Source: an uncultured Candidatus Saccharibacteria bacterium
GTDB taxonomy: Bacteria > Patescibacteriota > Minisyncoccia > Phycocordibacterales > UBA9973
Length of the DNA: 64,000 nt
Direction: 5' to 3'
Assembly (NCBI GenBank): GCA_964520225.1
Contig: CAZFNV010000001.1
Coordinates: 72,210 to 136,209 of the forward strand
Shown here: positions 27,083 through 37,910 of the stretch, one piece after another
Numbering within the stretch: the first letter of the stretch is position 1
Layout: the number at the start of each line of letters is the position of its first letter
Notes under the pieces: model-generated
The model's input: only the letters and a program-made list of their open reading frames with translations
What the model was told of the DNA's origin: nothing
Databases searched by the model: none
Made by a program: the position numbers and the translations under genes

Positions 27083-27871
27083 TTATAACTCAATCATCAC
27101 TGGGCAATGGTCGGAGCCCATGACTTCGGGCAGAATTTTGGCAGATTTTATTTTGTTAGCCAGCTTATTACTCACGAATATATAGTCTATGCGCCAGCCT
27201 ATGTTGCGCGTGCGAGCGTTCGCAAAGTGGCTCCACCAGGTATAGTGGCCATTGCCTTTAGTTTTCGTACGGAAGGTGTCTATGAAACCGGCATCGACTA
27301 TGTTTTGCGCGCCCGCGCGCTCCTCCGTGGTGAAACCTTTTTTACCAATGTTTTCTTTCGGCCGAGCCAAATCGTCTTCAGTGTGTGCCACATTCAAATC
27401 GCCACAGAAAATAACTGGCTTCTTCTTTTCTAAACTCTTAACATATTCTAAAAATGCAGGGTCCCAACCTTTGTGTCGCAAGGGTAGGCGAGTAAGGTCG
27501 TCTTTCGCATTCGGAGTATAAACACATACAACAAAAAAATTTTTAAACTCGGCGGTGATTACTCGCCCCTCGGCGTTCGTGTCACCATACTTATCACTTA
27601 GTTTATATTTTTCGGCTATTGTATCCGGTAAATTATTTTGCACTGAAATAGGATCTTCCTTGGAAAAAATAGCCGTGCCGCTGTAACCCTTCTTCTCCGC
27701 TGAGTTCCAGAATTCTTTGTAATCAGGCAAATCTACTTCACTTTGACTCCTCTCGGCCTTGGTTTCTTGTAAACATAGAATATACGGCTCTGATTTTTTA
27801 ATAAAAGGCAGAAACAACCCCTTCCTGTGTACCGCCCTTATGCCATTTACGTTCCAAGAAATTATTCGCAT
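27083..27871 (-). CDS. xth: Exodeoxyribonuclease III (EEP family AP endonuclease)
   Basis: MRIISWNVNGIRA...LQETK...GSDHCPV motifs. Confidence 0.9.
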   Translation of the reverse strand: MRIISWNVNGIRAVHRKGLFLPFIKKSEPYILCLQETKAERSQSEVDLPDYKEFWNSAEKKGYSGTAIFSKEDPISVQNNLPDTIAEKYKLSDKYGDTNAEGRVITAEFKNFFVVCVYTPNAKDDLTRLPLRHKGWDPAFLEYVKSLEKKKPVIFCGDLNVAHTEDDLARPKENIGKKGFTTEERAGAQNIVDAGFIDTFRTKTKGNGHYTWWSHFANARTRNIGWRIDYIFVSNKLANKIKSAKILPEVMGSDHCPVMIEL

Positions 27872-27872
27872 G

Positions 27873-28838
27873 TTATTTTTTGTTATGAAACTTTTTATGT
27901 ACTTCTTTTAAATGTTTGTCAGTAACGTGGGTGTAAATCTGGGTAGTCACGATGCTGGCATGGCCGAGGAGGGCTTGCACTGATCGTATGTCTGCGCCGT
28001 TTGAGAGGAGGTCGGTAGCGAAGGAGTGGCGGATAGTGTGCGGAGTAACCTTCTTCGACATACCAGACTTCGTAGCATACTCACGCACTATCCGCTCTAT
28101 CGAGTGGCGATTAAGCGCGCCGCTCGCAGTTATTCTGTCTCTGCTTTTTTTGTTTTTATCGTTTTCACGATCAACCCGCACAAACATTGCCTCGTCCATA
28201 TCTTTTCGTTCTGCTAAATATTTTTTCACAGCGTTTCGCGCTTTTTCGGAAATGAAAACTACGCGAATCTTACTACCCTTACCTCGCACTGAAAGTTCAT
28301 CAGCATCGATGTTGATATCACGGGCGAGGGAACACAGCTCTGTCACGCGGAGCCCGGTAGAAAAAAGTAGCTCGAGTATGGCTTTGTCGCGCAGGGATTT
28401 GAGGTCATTACCATTCGGGGCCTTGAGTAGTGCTTCGAGCTCTTCGCTAGTTATAAGGTCTAGGTGTCGCTCAGGAACTTTGGCCAGCTCAATACGTTCC
28501 GCAGGAAGAGTTTTCACTTCACGGCGGGCTAGATATTTGAGAAACGCGCGAAGGGCTATCAAATAATAGTTCTGTGTTTTTTTAGAAAGGGTTTGTTCGT
28601 AGCCTACGTTGCGAGCATTAAAGCCGCGCGATTTCCAAGGCAGGTTAGATTGGCGGTTCAGCCACAGCCTAAACTCGCGCACAGTGTCATCAGTAATGCG
28701 CGCAGGTTCATCGTTCTTGATAAAGCTTAAAAAGCGCGAAAGGTAGCGGTCGTAATTCTCAACTGTTTTGAGCGACCGCCCTTTTTCTATTTCAATATAT
28801 TCCAAAAATTGAGTTTTGAGAGCTTTTAGAGATGCCAT
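27873..28838 (-). CDS. xerC: Tyrosine recombinase XerC/XerD family
   Basis: C-terminal R..HxxR...Y catalytic context (TPHTIRHSFATDLL...LLGHASIVTTQIYTH). The start is taken at the internal ATG at 28838 (MASLKAL), which is leaderless after a TATACT box. Confidence 0.8.
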   Translation of the reverse strand: MASLKALKTQFLEYIEIEKGRSLKTVENYDRYLSRFLSFIKNDEPARITDDTVREFRLWLNRQSNLPWKSRGFNARNVGYEQTLSKKTQNYYLIALRAFLKYLARREVKTLPAERIELAKVPERHLDLITSEELEALLKAPNGNDLKSLRDKAILELLFSTGLRVTELCSLARDINIDADELSVRGKGSKIRVVFISEKARNAVKKYLAERKDMDEAMFVRVDRENDKNKKSRDRITASGALNRHSIERIVREYATKSGMSKKVTPHTIRHSFATDLLSNGADIRSVQALLGHASIVTTQIYTHVTDKHLKEVHKKFHNKK

Positions 28839-28980
28839 GTAAAAAGTATAGCAGGTTGAATGTATCAAAATCTCTATTTACAAAAATAAAATTTTATTGT
28901 AAAAATTAGTGCAGATTAGCCCTTAAATAGGGTATGGTTTTTTGACAACCCTTCTAAAGGAGGACAAAAATGATCATCCT

Positions 28981-29619
28981 TTACTTTAGATTGAATCTTT
29001 TTTTGAAATAGTTGTATTTATATTTTTTATATTCAAAAACTTCGTTGGCTTGTTTATTCAACTTCACGACATATGCAAAGAACTCATTTTTGTTAAAAAT
29101 CTTTAACCCTAAATCACGGCATACTTTCTCTACCTCCTCAGTTATTTTATTTAGATTTTTGTTTCCTACCGCCATTTTTTCGGCTTCGTAGTAGTAGCTG
29201 TGACCTGGAACCTCTACCAGGGCAAACTCAATACCTTTATAATCAAATACTTTACTTTTACGGACACACAACATCCCCTTGGTAAGTCCAATTTCCCCGA
29301 ATATTTCAACCAAGGTATCAAAGGTTCCTCGCTCAGTGAAAATTCCTATTTCTTTTCTTTGTTCTTTTTCGCCCCATTTACCGACCTTAATAATGATTTC
29401 TGGAATATTGTTTGTAACTCGCAGGCGTATATCTTTTTGCCTATTCCTAACTCCACCTTTCAAAAAGGTAGAATAATCTATCAAAACCCGATCCTTTTCA
29501 GCTTTTTTCACGCCATGTTTAGAGAAAAATCTAACAAGAGCTTGAAATTCTTTTTTAGACAAGGGGCCGCGGGTTTCTACTTCTATATTTTTTTTCATAA
29601 TATTATTTAGTTTAATCAT
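28981..29619 (-). CDS. CYTH-like domain protein (triphosphate tunnel metalloenzyme family)
   Basis: N-terminal NIEVETRG (ExExK-like) and the overall size; tentative. Confidence 0.4.
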   Translation of the reverse strand: MIKLNNIMKKNIEVETRGPLSKKEFQALVRFFSKHGVKKAEKDRVLIDYSTFLKGGVRNRQKDIRLRVTNNIPEIIIKVGKWGEKEQRKEIGIFTERGTFDTLVEIFGEIGLTKGMLCVRKSKVFDYKGIEFALVEVPGHSYYYEAEKMAVGNKNLNKITEEVEKVCRDLGLKIFNKNEFFAYVVKLNKQANEVFEYKKYKYNYFKKRFNLK

Positions 29620-29731
29620 AAGAAAATTTACTTTACTAGCATTGTAACACGGCCAAGGGTCTTGCCACCACGCCTATATATATGTGTGCGGGGGCTTGCA
29701 ATTTTTATTATTTTATGCTAGTATATTAAGT

Positions 29732-29995
29732 ATGTTAGCTAAGAAGAAAAAGCAGTTAGTTATAAAGAAAAATCAAATACACGATAAAGATACTGGATCT
29801 CCAGAGGTACAGGTGGCTGTTTTGTCTACAAAAATAGACGAACTGGCTAAACATTTGAAGAAACACAAGAAGGATAATCACTCACGTCGTGGCCTCATCA
29901 AGATGGTAGCTGACCGACGCAAACATTTGAAATATTTAGAGCGCAAAGACAAATCTCGACACGGTGTTTTGGTAAAGAAAATGGAGCTTGCCTAA
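29732..29995 (+). CDS. rpsO: 30S ribosomal protein S15
   Basis: GSPEVQVAVLS...HLKKHKKDNHSRRGLIKMV. The start is taken at the internal ATG at 29732; leaderless after TTGCAA-17-TAGTAT. Confidence 0.9.
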   Translation: MLAKKKKQLVIKKNQIHDKDTGSPEVQVAVLSTKIDELAKHLKKHKKDNHSRRGLIKMVADRRKHLKYLERKDKSRHGVLVKKMELA

Positions 29996-30105
29996 ATTCT
30001 AATGGAATCAAACACCCCGAAGGAAAGCATAGCTTCCTACGGGGCGAGAAGTGGTATAATATCTCTGGGTAAAATTTTTAATATTTTGTAATTATTTTTT
30101 TATTT

Positions 30106-30615
30106 ATGACTGTTATCAAGCATGAAGAACAGCGGGTGGGTGTTTTTATTGATACTCAAAACCTCTACCACTCGGCTAGGCATTTATACAAAGCGCGGGT
30201 CAACTTCGGCGCAGTCCTCAAGGAAGTTGTAGCTGGACGCAAACTCGTACGCGCAGTGGCTTATGTCATTACCACCGAAGCAGGGGACGAGAAGAATTTC
30301 TTTGAAGCTCTGCAGAAGCAAGGTATCGAAACCAAAACTAAAGATTTACAAATATTTCAGGGTGGCGCCAAGAAAGCTGACTGGGATGTGGGCCTCGCAG
30401 TAGACGCTATTAAAATGGCGCCTAGGCTTGACTCTGTAATCATAGTGTCTGGGGATGGCGACTTCATTCCGCTAGTAGAATATCTGCAGACCATCGGCAT
30501 ACAGGTAGAAGTGGCATCTTTTGGTCAATCAACTTCTTCGAAACTACGCGAAGTAGTGGACGAGTTCGTAGATCTTTCAGCTAGCCCTAGGAAGTTTTTG
30601 ATAGGGGTAAGGTAA
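30106..30615 (+). CDS. NYN-domain (LabA-like) protein inserted between rpsO and pnp
   Basis: VGVFIDTQNLYHSAR...IVSGDGDFIPLVEYLQ (NYN catalytic Asp pattern). Confidence 0.7.
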   Translation: MTVIKHEEQRVGVFIDTQNLYHSARHLYKARVNFGAVLKEVVAGRKLVRAVAYVITTEAGDEKNFFEALQKQGIETKTKDLQIFQGGAKKADWDVGLAVDAIKMAPRLDSVIIVSGDGDFIPLVEYLQTIGIQVEVASFGQSTSSKLREVVDEFVDLSASPRKFLIGVR

Positions 30616-30764
30616 ATATTGCCTTTGTGAGAAAAAATGCTATTCTGTTTAAAGTTTATCAGTTAACTTGGTTCGTCTTTAGATAGAGCTAATGTTTCAC
30701 TTCAAAGTGGCACACTACTTTATTCTGAAGATGAACTCGGTCTCGTTACAGGCGAGACATATAT

Positions 30765-32900
30765 ATGCAACAAAAAGAATATAGTTTAGAGATCGGAGGC
30801 AAGACGCTAACGGCGACTTTCTCTGATTTAGCTGACCAAGCTCACGGCTCGGTCTTGGTGCGTTATGGTGAGACTGTGGTGCTCGCCACCGCGTGCATGT
30901 CGCCAGACAAGAAGGAGGGTCTAGGATTTTTTAACCTTACAGTAGATTACATAGAGAGGTACTACGCCTCCGGTAAAATTTCTGGTAGTCGCTTCGTAAA
31001 ACGTGAAGGCAAGCCATCCGATGACGCCATCTTAGCGAGCCGAATCATCGACCGCACCCTGCGCCCGCTCTTCGACCAATCTATCAGGAACGCAGTACAG
31101 GTGATAGTCACAGTGCTTTCGCTTGATGAAAATGATTCGGTAATCCTCGCGGTTAATGCGGCGTCGCTCGCGCTTATGGTTTCTGACATTCCTTGGTCTG
31201 GACCTGTCGGCGCAGTACGTATCGGAAAGTATGATGATAATAACTTTAAAATAAATCCGCCCGCTTCACTCCGAAGCGAAGAAGCACAGTATAAATACGA
31301 TCTAGCGGTTTGCGGTAAAAATGGAAACATAAATATGATCGAAGCCTCTGCTCGGGAAGTAAAAGAGGAGGAGCTTGAGCTCGCTCTCACAGAAGCAAGC
31401 AAAGAAATAACTCGCCTGGAAGAATTTCAGAAGAAGATAGCCGAGGAGATAGGTAAGAAGAAGAGGGTAGTGGAGAAAGAAGAAATTTCCGCGGAATCAA
31501 AGAAGCTTTTTGAGGAAAATATTCTACCTAAAATGGAAAGCGCGCTTATGTCAGGCCGAGCCGGCAAAGATGAGATAGATGCTCTACACACAGAGTGGAA
31601 TGACATGGTCCGAGAAAAATTTCCAGACCAAAAAGACTTTTCCGCTGAAGATGCTATTTTCGACGACACAGAGAATGACATATTGCACGAAAAAGCAATC
31701 AAGGAAAACAGGCGCGCAGATGGCAGGCGAATGGATGAAGTACGCGCCATCTTTGCCCAAGCGGGTGGTGTATCGAAAGTATTGCATGGTTCTGGAATAT
31801 TTTATCGCGGGGGAACCCATGTATTCTCAGCACTAACTCTCGGTGGACCAGAAGACAAACACATGGTAGACGGCATGCAAGGTGAGAAGGAGCTACGCTT
31901 CATGCACCATTACAACTTCCCACCATATTCGAGCGGAGAGACTGGTCGCGCAGGATTTACAAACCGCAGGGAAGTAGGACACGGCGCACTCGCAGAAAAA
32001 GCGCTAGCTATGGTACTACCCCCTGTTACAGAATTTCCTTACACCATTCGTGTAGTTTCTGAATCGATGGCATCGAACGGTTCTACTTCACAAGCCTCTA
32101 TCTGTGCATCAACACTAGCGCTAATGGACGGCGGTGTACCTATCAAAGCACCAGTCGCTGGTATTGCGATGGGCTTAATGTATAAAAATGACAACGAGTA
32201 TAAAGTTCTCACCGACATCCAGGGGCCGGAAGACCACCATGGTGATATGGATTTCAAAGTAGCTGGCACGGCAGAGGGGGTAACTGCGATACAGCTCGAT
32301 GTAAAAGTAGAGGGCGTACCGATAAAAATTCTCGGAGAAGCAATGCGTCAGGCAAAAACTGCCCGCACCCAGATACTCGAAGTAATGAAGAGCGCCATCA
32401 GCGCTCCACGCGCAAATATTTCAGCTAGCGCGCCGAAAATATTAATGATGAAAATTAATCCAGATAAGATCGGTCTTGTGATCGGCGGCGGCGGAAAAAC
32501 AATCAAAGAGATAATGGAGAGAACTGGCGCTGAAATAAACATAGAAGATGATGGTTCTGTATTCCTCACAGGTAAAGCTGACGGTCCAGAAAAAGCTCGC
32601 GCCATAATTGAGGAAATGACTCATGAATATACGGTAGGCGACATGCTAAAGGGTGAAGTGGTAAAGATAGCAGACTTCGGCGCATTCGTCCGACTCAATT
32701 CATCGACTGACGGTATGGTACATATTTCCGAGCTTGCCCCATTCCGTGTAGAGCGAGTTAGCGATATAATAAAAGAGGGTATGATCGTACCAGTGAAAGT
32801 TATCAAAGTGGATACAGAGCGAGGAAAAATAAGCTTGTCCATCCGCGAAGCTGATAAAAATTTCTTCGCGCCGAAAACTTCTGCTGGTAGTCCTGCCTAA
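30765..32900 (+). CDS. pnp: Polyribonucleotide nucleotidyltransferase (PNPase)
   Basis: Two RNase PH domains with KH and S1 domains at the C-terminus (GKVVKIADFGAFVRL). Confidence 0.9.
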   Translation: MQQKEYSLEIGGKTLTATFSDLADQAHGSVLVRYGETVVLATACMSPDKKEGLGFFNLTVDYIERYYASGKISGSRFVKREGKPSDDAILASRIIDRTLRPLFDQSIRNAVQVIVTVLSLDENDSVILAVNAASLALMVSDIPWSGPVGAVRIGKYDDNNFKINPPASLRSEEAQYKYDLAVCGKNGNINMIEASAREVKEEELELALTEASKEITRLEEFQKKIAEEIGKKKRVVEKEEISAESKKLFEENILPKMESALMSGRAGKDEIDALHTEWNDMVREKFPDQKDFSAEDAIFDDTENDILHEKAIKENRRADGRRMDEVRAIFAQAGGVSKVLHGSGIFYRGGTHVFSALTLGGPEDKHMVDGMQGEKELRFMHHYNFPPYSSGETGRAGFTNRREVGHGALAEKALAMVLPPVTEFPYTIRVVSESMASNGSTSQASICASTLALMDGGVPIKAPVAGIAMGLMYKNDNEYKVLTDIQGPEDHHGDMDFKVAGTAEGVTAIQLDVKVEGVPIKILGEAMRQAKTARTQILEVMKSAISAPRANISASAPKILMMKINPDKIGLVIGGGGKTIKEIMERTGAEINIEDDGSVFLTGKADGPEKARAIIEEMTHEYTVGDMLKGEVVKIADFGAFVRLNSSTDGMVHISELAPFRVERVSDIIKEGMIVPVKVIKVDTERGKISLSIREADKNFFAPKTSAGSPA

Positions 32901-32905
32901 TAAAA

Positions 32906-33808
32906 ATGACAGGGGAAGAAAATCAAAAAAATAATTTTGATTCCACAAATACTGAAACAAAAGTTATTAAAACCTTCGCGGATGACATGGCGGAGGTTAT
33001 TGAAGGTGACAAAGAAGGTCTGGTCAAGAAAATCATAGATCAAGAAGAAGCGCGCGAAGCTGAGAGATTAGCGATGTCACCGGAGTCAGGCCAGAATAAA
33101 TTATTTATAGTGCTAGGCTTTTTACTGATACTCGCCACCTTTGTGATACTTACACTATCCTTCATGAGAAAAGAGCCTAGTGTTGTGAATGTAGAGAACA
33201 GTTTTACCCCCATGATATTTAGCGATGAGAGCGCTTTTGTAGAAATATCTGACCTGAATAGAGATGAAATCATAGAATCCATTAACAATAGAATCGACGC
33301 CACTGAGCTCAGGGAAGAAGAGCTCCTTGGCCTGTATCTGACAGATAGTAATACGATAGTCGGGTTAGAAGAATTCTTGCGATTAATAAAAGGGGGCTTG
33401 GTAATACCTAAACTCGAGGGGCTGGGTGGGTTAATAAGCGACAATTTCCTAATAGGCGCTGCGGTTAAAAATAGAGAAAAAAACTTTTTTATTTTACTTA
33501 AAGTCCGCTCGACCACAGATGTCTTCGGTAGCTTGCGCGAGTGGGAGGGTAAAATATTTGCCGACTTGCATAAATTTTTTGGTTTTGAATTATCGTCCGA
33601 GACAGAATCTTTACTTCGAAAGAGTTTTACCGACCAGATCATTGCCAACAAAAATGCACGAGTGCTCTACACGAAAGACGATGAAACTTATGAAAACATC
33701 GCCATTATGTATGTATTTGCGAATGACAACCACGTGATAATAGCGCGAGACCCGCTAGTTGTGAATGAGGTGCTCGCCCGCCTGGCTTCAGGGAGAGTGA
33801 AGAAATAG
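32906..33808 (+). CDS. Hypothetical single-TM protein
   Basis: ORF with a TM segment LFIVLGFLLILATFVILTLSF; no recognisable motif. Confidence 0.45.
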   Translation: MTGEENQKNNFDSTNTETKVIKTFADDMAEVIEGDKEGLVKKIIDQEEAREAERLAMSPESGQNKLFIVLGFLLILATFVILTLSFMRKEPSVVNVENSFTPMIFSDESAFVEISDLNRDEIIESINNRIDATELREEELLGLYLTDSNTIVGLEEFLRLIKGGLVIPKLEGLGGLISDNFLIGAAVKNREKNFFILLKVRSTTDVFGSLREWEGKIFADLHKFFGFELSSETESLLRKSFTDQIIANKNARVLYTKDDETYENIAIMYVFANDNHVIIARDPLVVNEVLARLASGRVKK

Positions 33809-33810
33809 GA

Positions 33811-35454
33811 TTACGCCTCCGGCAACTCTACATAGAAAGTTGAACCTTTGCCTGCGCCTTCAGACTCGGCCCAGACCCGGGACTTGTGCGCATCGAGTAT
33901 AAGCTTGACCGAGTATAGGCCATAGCCCGTGGAGTCTACATTTATTTTTACTGAATCTTTACCACGGCCACCTTCGGTAAATAGCTTCTGCTTGTCTTCC
34001 TCTGTTAGACCGACACCAGTGTCTTTGACACTAAGTAATATTTTATTATTTTGTTTTTGAAGTCGCACAGTAATGAGACCTTCTTTAGTATAAACAACAG
34101 AATTACCCACCAGATTATTCACCACCTCTTTGAGCCAGATAGGGTCACCGGTAGTTGCGAAGTCTCCTTCACCTATCTCTTTTTCTATCTTGAGCCCTTT
34201 AGCTTCCGCGGGGCCAGCCTTTTCTTCTATAACTTTTTCAACTAATTCTTTAAAATTGACCGACCTCATATCATACTGTATTTTACCTTCGCCCATATTG
34301 AATGCATTTAGAACTAGATCAACTGTCATGATACCTGCATTATCAGATTCGAGCCCAGCCTTGGCCATCCTGGTGAGATCAGGAGTAATATTGCCGAAGC
34401 TACCGTCAAGCATCCCAGAGAAAATATATTTCGAACGGGTGAAAGAACCCTTAACCTTGTGGTTGATAAGATGCATGAGCGACTCACGCTGCTTGAGTAG
34501 GTCTTGAAGCTTGAAGTTAAGCTTAGCTAACTGTTCACGCTGTTCAATCTCGCGTTTTACAGACCTAATAAGATATCTGCCTAAAATAACCGCTGTTGCA
34601 AAACCTAAACCGTTTAGAACGAAATTGGTCCGCTCTTTAATAAAAAAGAATTGGGAACCGATCAGAAAAACCAAACCCCACACCATAGCCTGGGCAGCGA
34701 AGAGTTTTATATGAAAAGTTTGATAACGAACAGATAAAATACTTATGTATATCATGAACACCACCATGCCAACTAAACCATAGAGCTCGATCTGAGAATC
34801 CGGCAATAATCCAAGTTTTGTAAAATACGTGGCCACGAACTCCATACCAAAAAAAGAGAAAAGAAATAGTTCGATTCCAACCCCCATGAGCAGTATCTGC
34901 CTCCTAAGATCGTAATCAGCGCTTTTATATCGGACAATAAAGAGGATTAATATCCAAACCATTGCCAGGAATCCTAATGCTGACCCGTAAGACTTGAAGG
35001 AGAGAGACTCAAATTCAAAAGCATCGCAGTTCGTAATATTAAAACCCGCTAAATTAGAATGACCTGCTGCAAAAATCACAATGGGTAGCAACAGCGCCAG
35101 AAGCAACACCTTGAGAGGCAAAGATATGTCCTTCTTGTTTAAGAAAACATGCGCAAAATAAATACAGAAAACTGCAATCAGTCCAAGAATAAAGGTAAAG
35201 AAAGACCACACAAAAGCTATAAATTCTCCATTCACATTTGTCCACGCGATTAATGTCCCTAGCACCCATACGGCAAAAGTAACAGAGATAAATAAGAGTA
35301 GCTTGTTAAGTAAATATTTTCTGTCCCTTGAAAATATGTAGAACCCCAACCACAAGGCAACCATGGTGGCCGGAATCTGCGCATAGTAAAGCAAAGATGG
35401 GACATCAGGGGAAAAAATAAAATATGATGGTTCTGTAAAAAGATAGCAGATCAT
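33811..35454 (-). CDS. Orphan sensor histidine kinase with an N-terminal multi-TM sensor domain
   Basis: About 8 TM helices, a dimerisation region, and an HATPase_c domain (N-box NLVGNSVVYT, DTGVGL, GYGLYSVKLILDAH). There is no adjacent response regulator. Confidence 0.7.
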   Translation of the reverse strand: MICYLFTEPSYFIFSPDVPSLLYYAQIPATMVALWLGFYIFSRDRKYLLNKLLLFISVTFAVWVLGTLIAWTNVNGEFIAFVWSFFTFILGLIAVFCIYFAHVFLNKKDISLPLKVLLLALLLPIVIFAAGHSNLAGFNITNCDAFEFESLSFKSYGSALGFLAMVWILILFIVRYKSADYDLRRQILLMGVGIELFLFSFFGMEFVATYFTKLGLLPDSQIELYGLVGMVVFMIYISILSVRYQTFHIKLFAAQAMVWGLVFLIGSQFFFIKERTNFVLNGLGFATAVILGRYLIRSVKREIEQREQLAKLNFKLQDLLKQRESLMHLINHKVKGSFTRSKYIFSGMLDGSFGNITPDLTRMAKAGLESDNAGIMTVDLVLNAFNMGEGKIQYDMRSVNFKELVEKVIEEKAGPAEAKGLKIEKEIGEGDFATTGDPIWLKEVVNNLVGNSVVYTKEGLITVRLQKQNNKILLSVKDTGVGLTEEDKQKLFTEGGRGKDSVKINVDSTGYGLYSVKLILDAHKSRVWAESEGAGKGSTFYVELPEA

Positions 35455-35891
35455 ATTGGTATTTCTTCTTGGTTTAATTCTAAGTCTTGAATCTCAACAG
35501 GGTTTTCTTCTTGGTTTTGCAGGTGCTCACAAGACCCCTGCGCAGAATCGGGGGTACAATATTCTATGTAACACTCAGTCTCACCAGGTAAACACACGCT
35601 TGCGTTTTCGCAATCAGTCACATCATTGCCACAGAATTCATATAAATTCTTTGCGTGTTTTTTCACAAGAGAATAGTAATACTCCTCGGAACATTCTTCA
35701 TCCAGACAACCCACAAAACAGCTCTCTGAAAATGGGTCGCATACCCCTTCGTAGCCCACCAGATAATCCTGCTCTATAAAAAACCGATCATAAGACAAAA
35801 CCATTATCCAAAGAGTAAAAATAAATATTATGTAAAAAAAGAAATTGTCGCGAAGGTGAGTAAGCATGATATGTTCTGCGTAAAATCGCAC
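35451..35891 (-). CDS. Small membrane-anchored 12-Cys protein, hypothetical, overlapping the histidine kinase start by 4 nt
   Basis: A TM segment (FFFYIIFIFTLWIMVL) followed by a Cys-rich acidic ectodomain. Confidence 0.45.
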   Translation of the reverse strand: MRFYAEHIMLTHLRDNFFFYIIFIFTLWIMVLSYDRFFIEQDYLVGYEGVCDPFSESCFVGCLDEECSEEYYYSLVKKHAKNLYEFCGNDVTDCENASVCLPGETECYIEYCTPDSAQGSCEHLQNQEENPVEIQDLELNQEEIPI

Positions 35892-35939
35892 AAATGAATT
35901 ATAACACAGGCAAGCTGCAATGGCCCACTCTGTAATAAA

Positions 35940-36857
35940 CTAAAGGGCGAGAAGCATGTATGTGCCCACACCAGTGATGCTAATAGCAATGAGTTTTTGA
36001 TACAAATACCTAGCTTGTATTTTTTCAACGCTAATCTTTGGGAAAAATAAGGTTAAGAATATGCCGATAGCTAACACAAAGATCGGCTGGAAGGACTCAG
36101 TGACCAACACCAGAGCCACGGGCACAAGCATATAAGCATAAGAAAAGGCGAAGTTGCCGAGCATAAACAGCACCTCGTTTAAAATATTTAATGATAAGAT
36201 TGATGTCGAATTTTCTTTTATCGCAAGCAAAAAATGCTCACGATAGGAGCGCACACCAACAAAAAGAATTATTCCTATAACAACCAGAGTAAGATGTTCC
36301 CAAAAAAGGGACCGCCAAAGATTTTCCTCTAGCGCCACCATCTTAAAGACCACTGAGCCGGCTGCCCAGAAAAAGGAGGCCGCCACCATATAGGGAACTG
36401 TTTTGCGACGAAGTTTTAATTTATTCTCCGAGTCTATTTCGAAGGAAATTATAGTAGTACCTAGAATAATTATTGCCATAGACAATATTTGCATCTGGGT
36501 AAGCGTTTCGTTTAGTATAAAATAACCCAAAACATATCCAAACACCGGTACCAGCTGATAAAAAACAATTGTAACAGAAGCCTCCTCGTCTTGGAGGGCG
36601 ACAAGGTAACACCACAGAACAAGAAAATTTAAGATACCGACGACAGCCATCACTGCTATGTTCTGCGGGTCTATATCCAATATTGTTGTGTCTGCTAAAA
36701 AAAATAGTGGTAACGGTAATGCTGAGACTAGCGCTGAAAACAAAAGTAGAGTTCCGACCCCGCTTTGTTTGAAATATTTTTCAAGTAAAATTTTATCAAT
36801 ATGGTTCGTCAGAGCGTAAAGGAACGGTCCAGACAATGCAATCAAAAACCAAATCAT
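35940..36857 (-). CDS. EamA/DMT superfamily transporter
   Basis: 10-TM architecture with duplicated EamA-like halves. Confidence 0.65.
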   Translation of the reverse strand: MIWFLIALSGPFLYALTNHIDKILLEKYFKQSGVGTLLLFSALVSALPLPLFFLADTTILDIDPQNIAVMAVVGILNFLVLWCYLVALQDEEASVTIVFYQLVPVFGYVLGYFILNETLTQMQILSMAIIILGTTIISFEIDSENKLKLRRKTVPYMVAASFFWAAGSVVFKMVALEENLWRSLFWEHLTLVVIGIILFVGVRSYREHFLLAIKENSTSILSLNILNEVLFMLGNFAFSYAYMLVPVALVLVTESFQPIFVLAIGIFLTLFFPKISVEKIQARYLYQKLIAISITGVGTYMLLAL

Positions 36858-36884
36858 TCTAGAATTATACTGTATAATAAGGGT

Positions 36885-37802
36885 TTAATCAACGGTTATA
36901 CGCAAGCCCAACTTGTATTTCTTTAAAAATTGGATGGGGCGGTAACTCATTTTGGATCTTTTGATTTCTTGTATACCCAAATCCTGCTGCCAATTCCATT
37001 CCTCAACTCCTCGTTCATAGAGATAAGTAGCTATATTTCTGTTTAGGAATTCCGCACCTCCTCTGTACTGTTTATCTACCTTGAAAAAGTGTGAGACCGC
37101 ATAGCCAAATGACAATATTTCTTCCACGGCAAATCCTACTATTCTATCGCCGACCATAATACAAGGGAACAGTATGTTTCTATGCTTGTCTGGCTCGCTC
37201 AATAGGGCATGGAAGGCCTTCTCCTCATGTAGGGCATCGTTGTCTTTGTTTTTCTTCCAATCATTAAAAACGCTTTTTATCTGATCATGCATTACACTGT
37301 CACCTAGGTGATGTAGGACAAATTTGGCGTCTGGATATTTATCTAAAAAATTTTCTGCTAAATGTCTTTTGGTTTTAAAAGCTACACCTCTTAGATCTTT
37401 GAGTAGAGAAACTGAAAATACATAATCAAAGTTATCTCTATCTTCCTCTATTATAAAATCAGACTTGTCTAGATCTTTTACAACCTCCTCTGTTACCAAT
37501 TTCAGAACGGGAGAAATACTCGCCTGTTCGGCAAATTTTATAAGCTCACGAGCAGTATCCTCGGGTTTAATGTTGCCAAAAAAAGAAAAGAAGTGGTCTC
37601 CGGACAAGTAATCGGTAAATCTAACAACAAGATTTCCGTTCAGCTTAGAAATCAGCCTTTCTTTCTTGGTATCCCAAGCCCACATACTAGTAAAGTTAAA
37701 ATCAGAGTAGGGGAGAAGATTTGAAGTAAACTCTTCTATTTCAGGCTTGTCCTCTAGGTCTATGCTCTTAAATTCTGGAAATGTAGGAATCATGAGAGAC
37801 AA
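36885..37802 (-). CDS. Hypothetical protein, possibly a DUF2156/MprF-C-like acyltransferase fold (tentative)
   Basis: Weak resemblance only; it is not membrane-bound. Confidence 0.3.
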   Translation of the reverse strand: MSLMIPTFPEFKSIDLEDKPEIEEFTSNLLPYSDFNFTSMWAWDTKKERLISKLNGNLVVRFTDYLSGDHFFSFFGNIKPEDTARELIKFAEQASISPVLKLVTEEVVKDLDKSDFIIEEDRDNFDYVFSVSLLKDLRGVAFKTKRHLAENFLDKYPDAKFVLHHLGDSVMHDQIKSVFNDWKKNKDNDALHEEKAFHALLSEPDKHRNILFPCIMVGDRIVGFAVEEILSFGYAVSHFFKVDKQYRGGAEFLNRNIATYLYERGVEEWNWQQDLGIQEIKRSKMSYRPIQFLKKYKLGLRITVD

Positions 37803-37910
37803 AGCAAAACAAAATACATAATCAATATACCAAAAAATATGCTTTTAAACAAACATTGTATTTGGAATAAAAAACATACGCTTTACCTTAAAAAGGGGGA
37901 GGCCTCGCCA

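Noticed and set aside
28925-28995. 13-codon plus-strand mini-ORF with TTGACA and a perfect AAAGGAGG SD, overlapping the CYTH gene end
   Set aside because: It is too short and antisense to a CDS end. It is more likely the xerC promoter/leader region read on the wrong strand.
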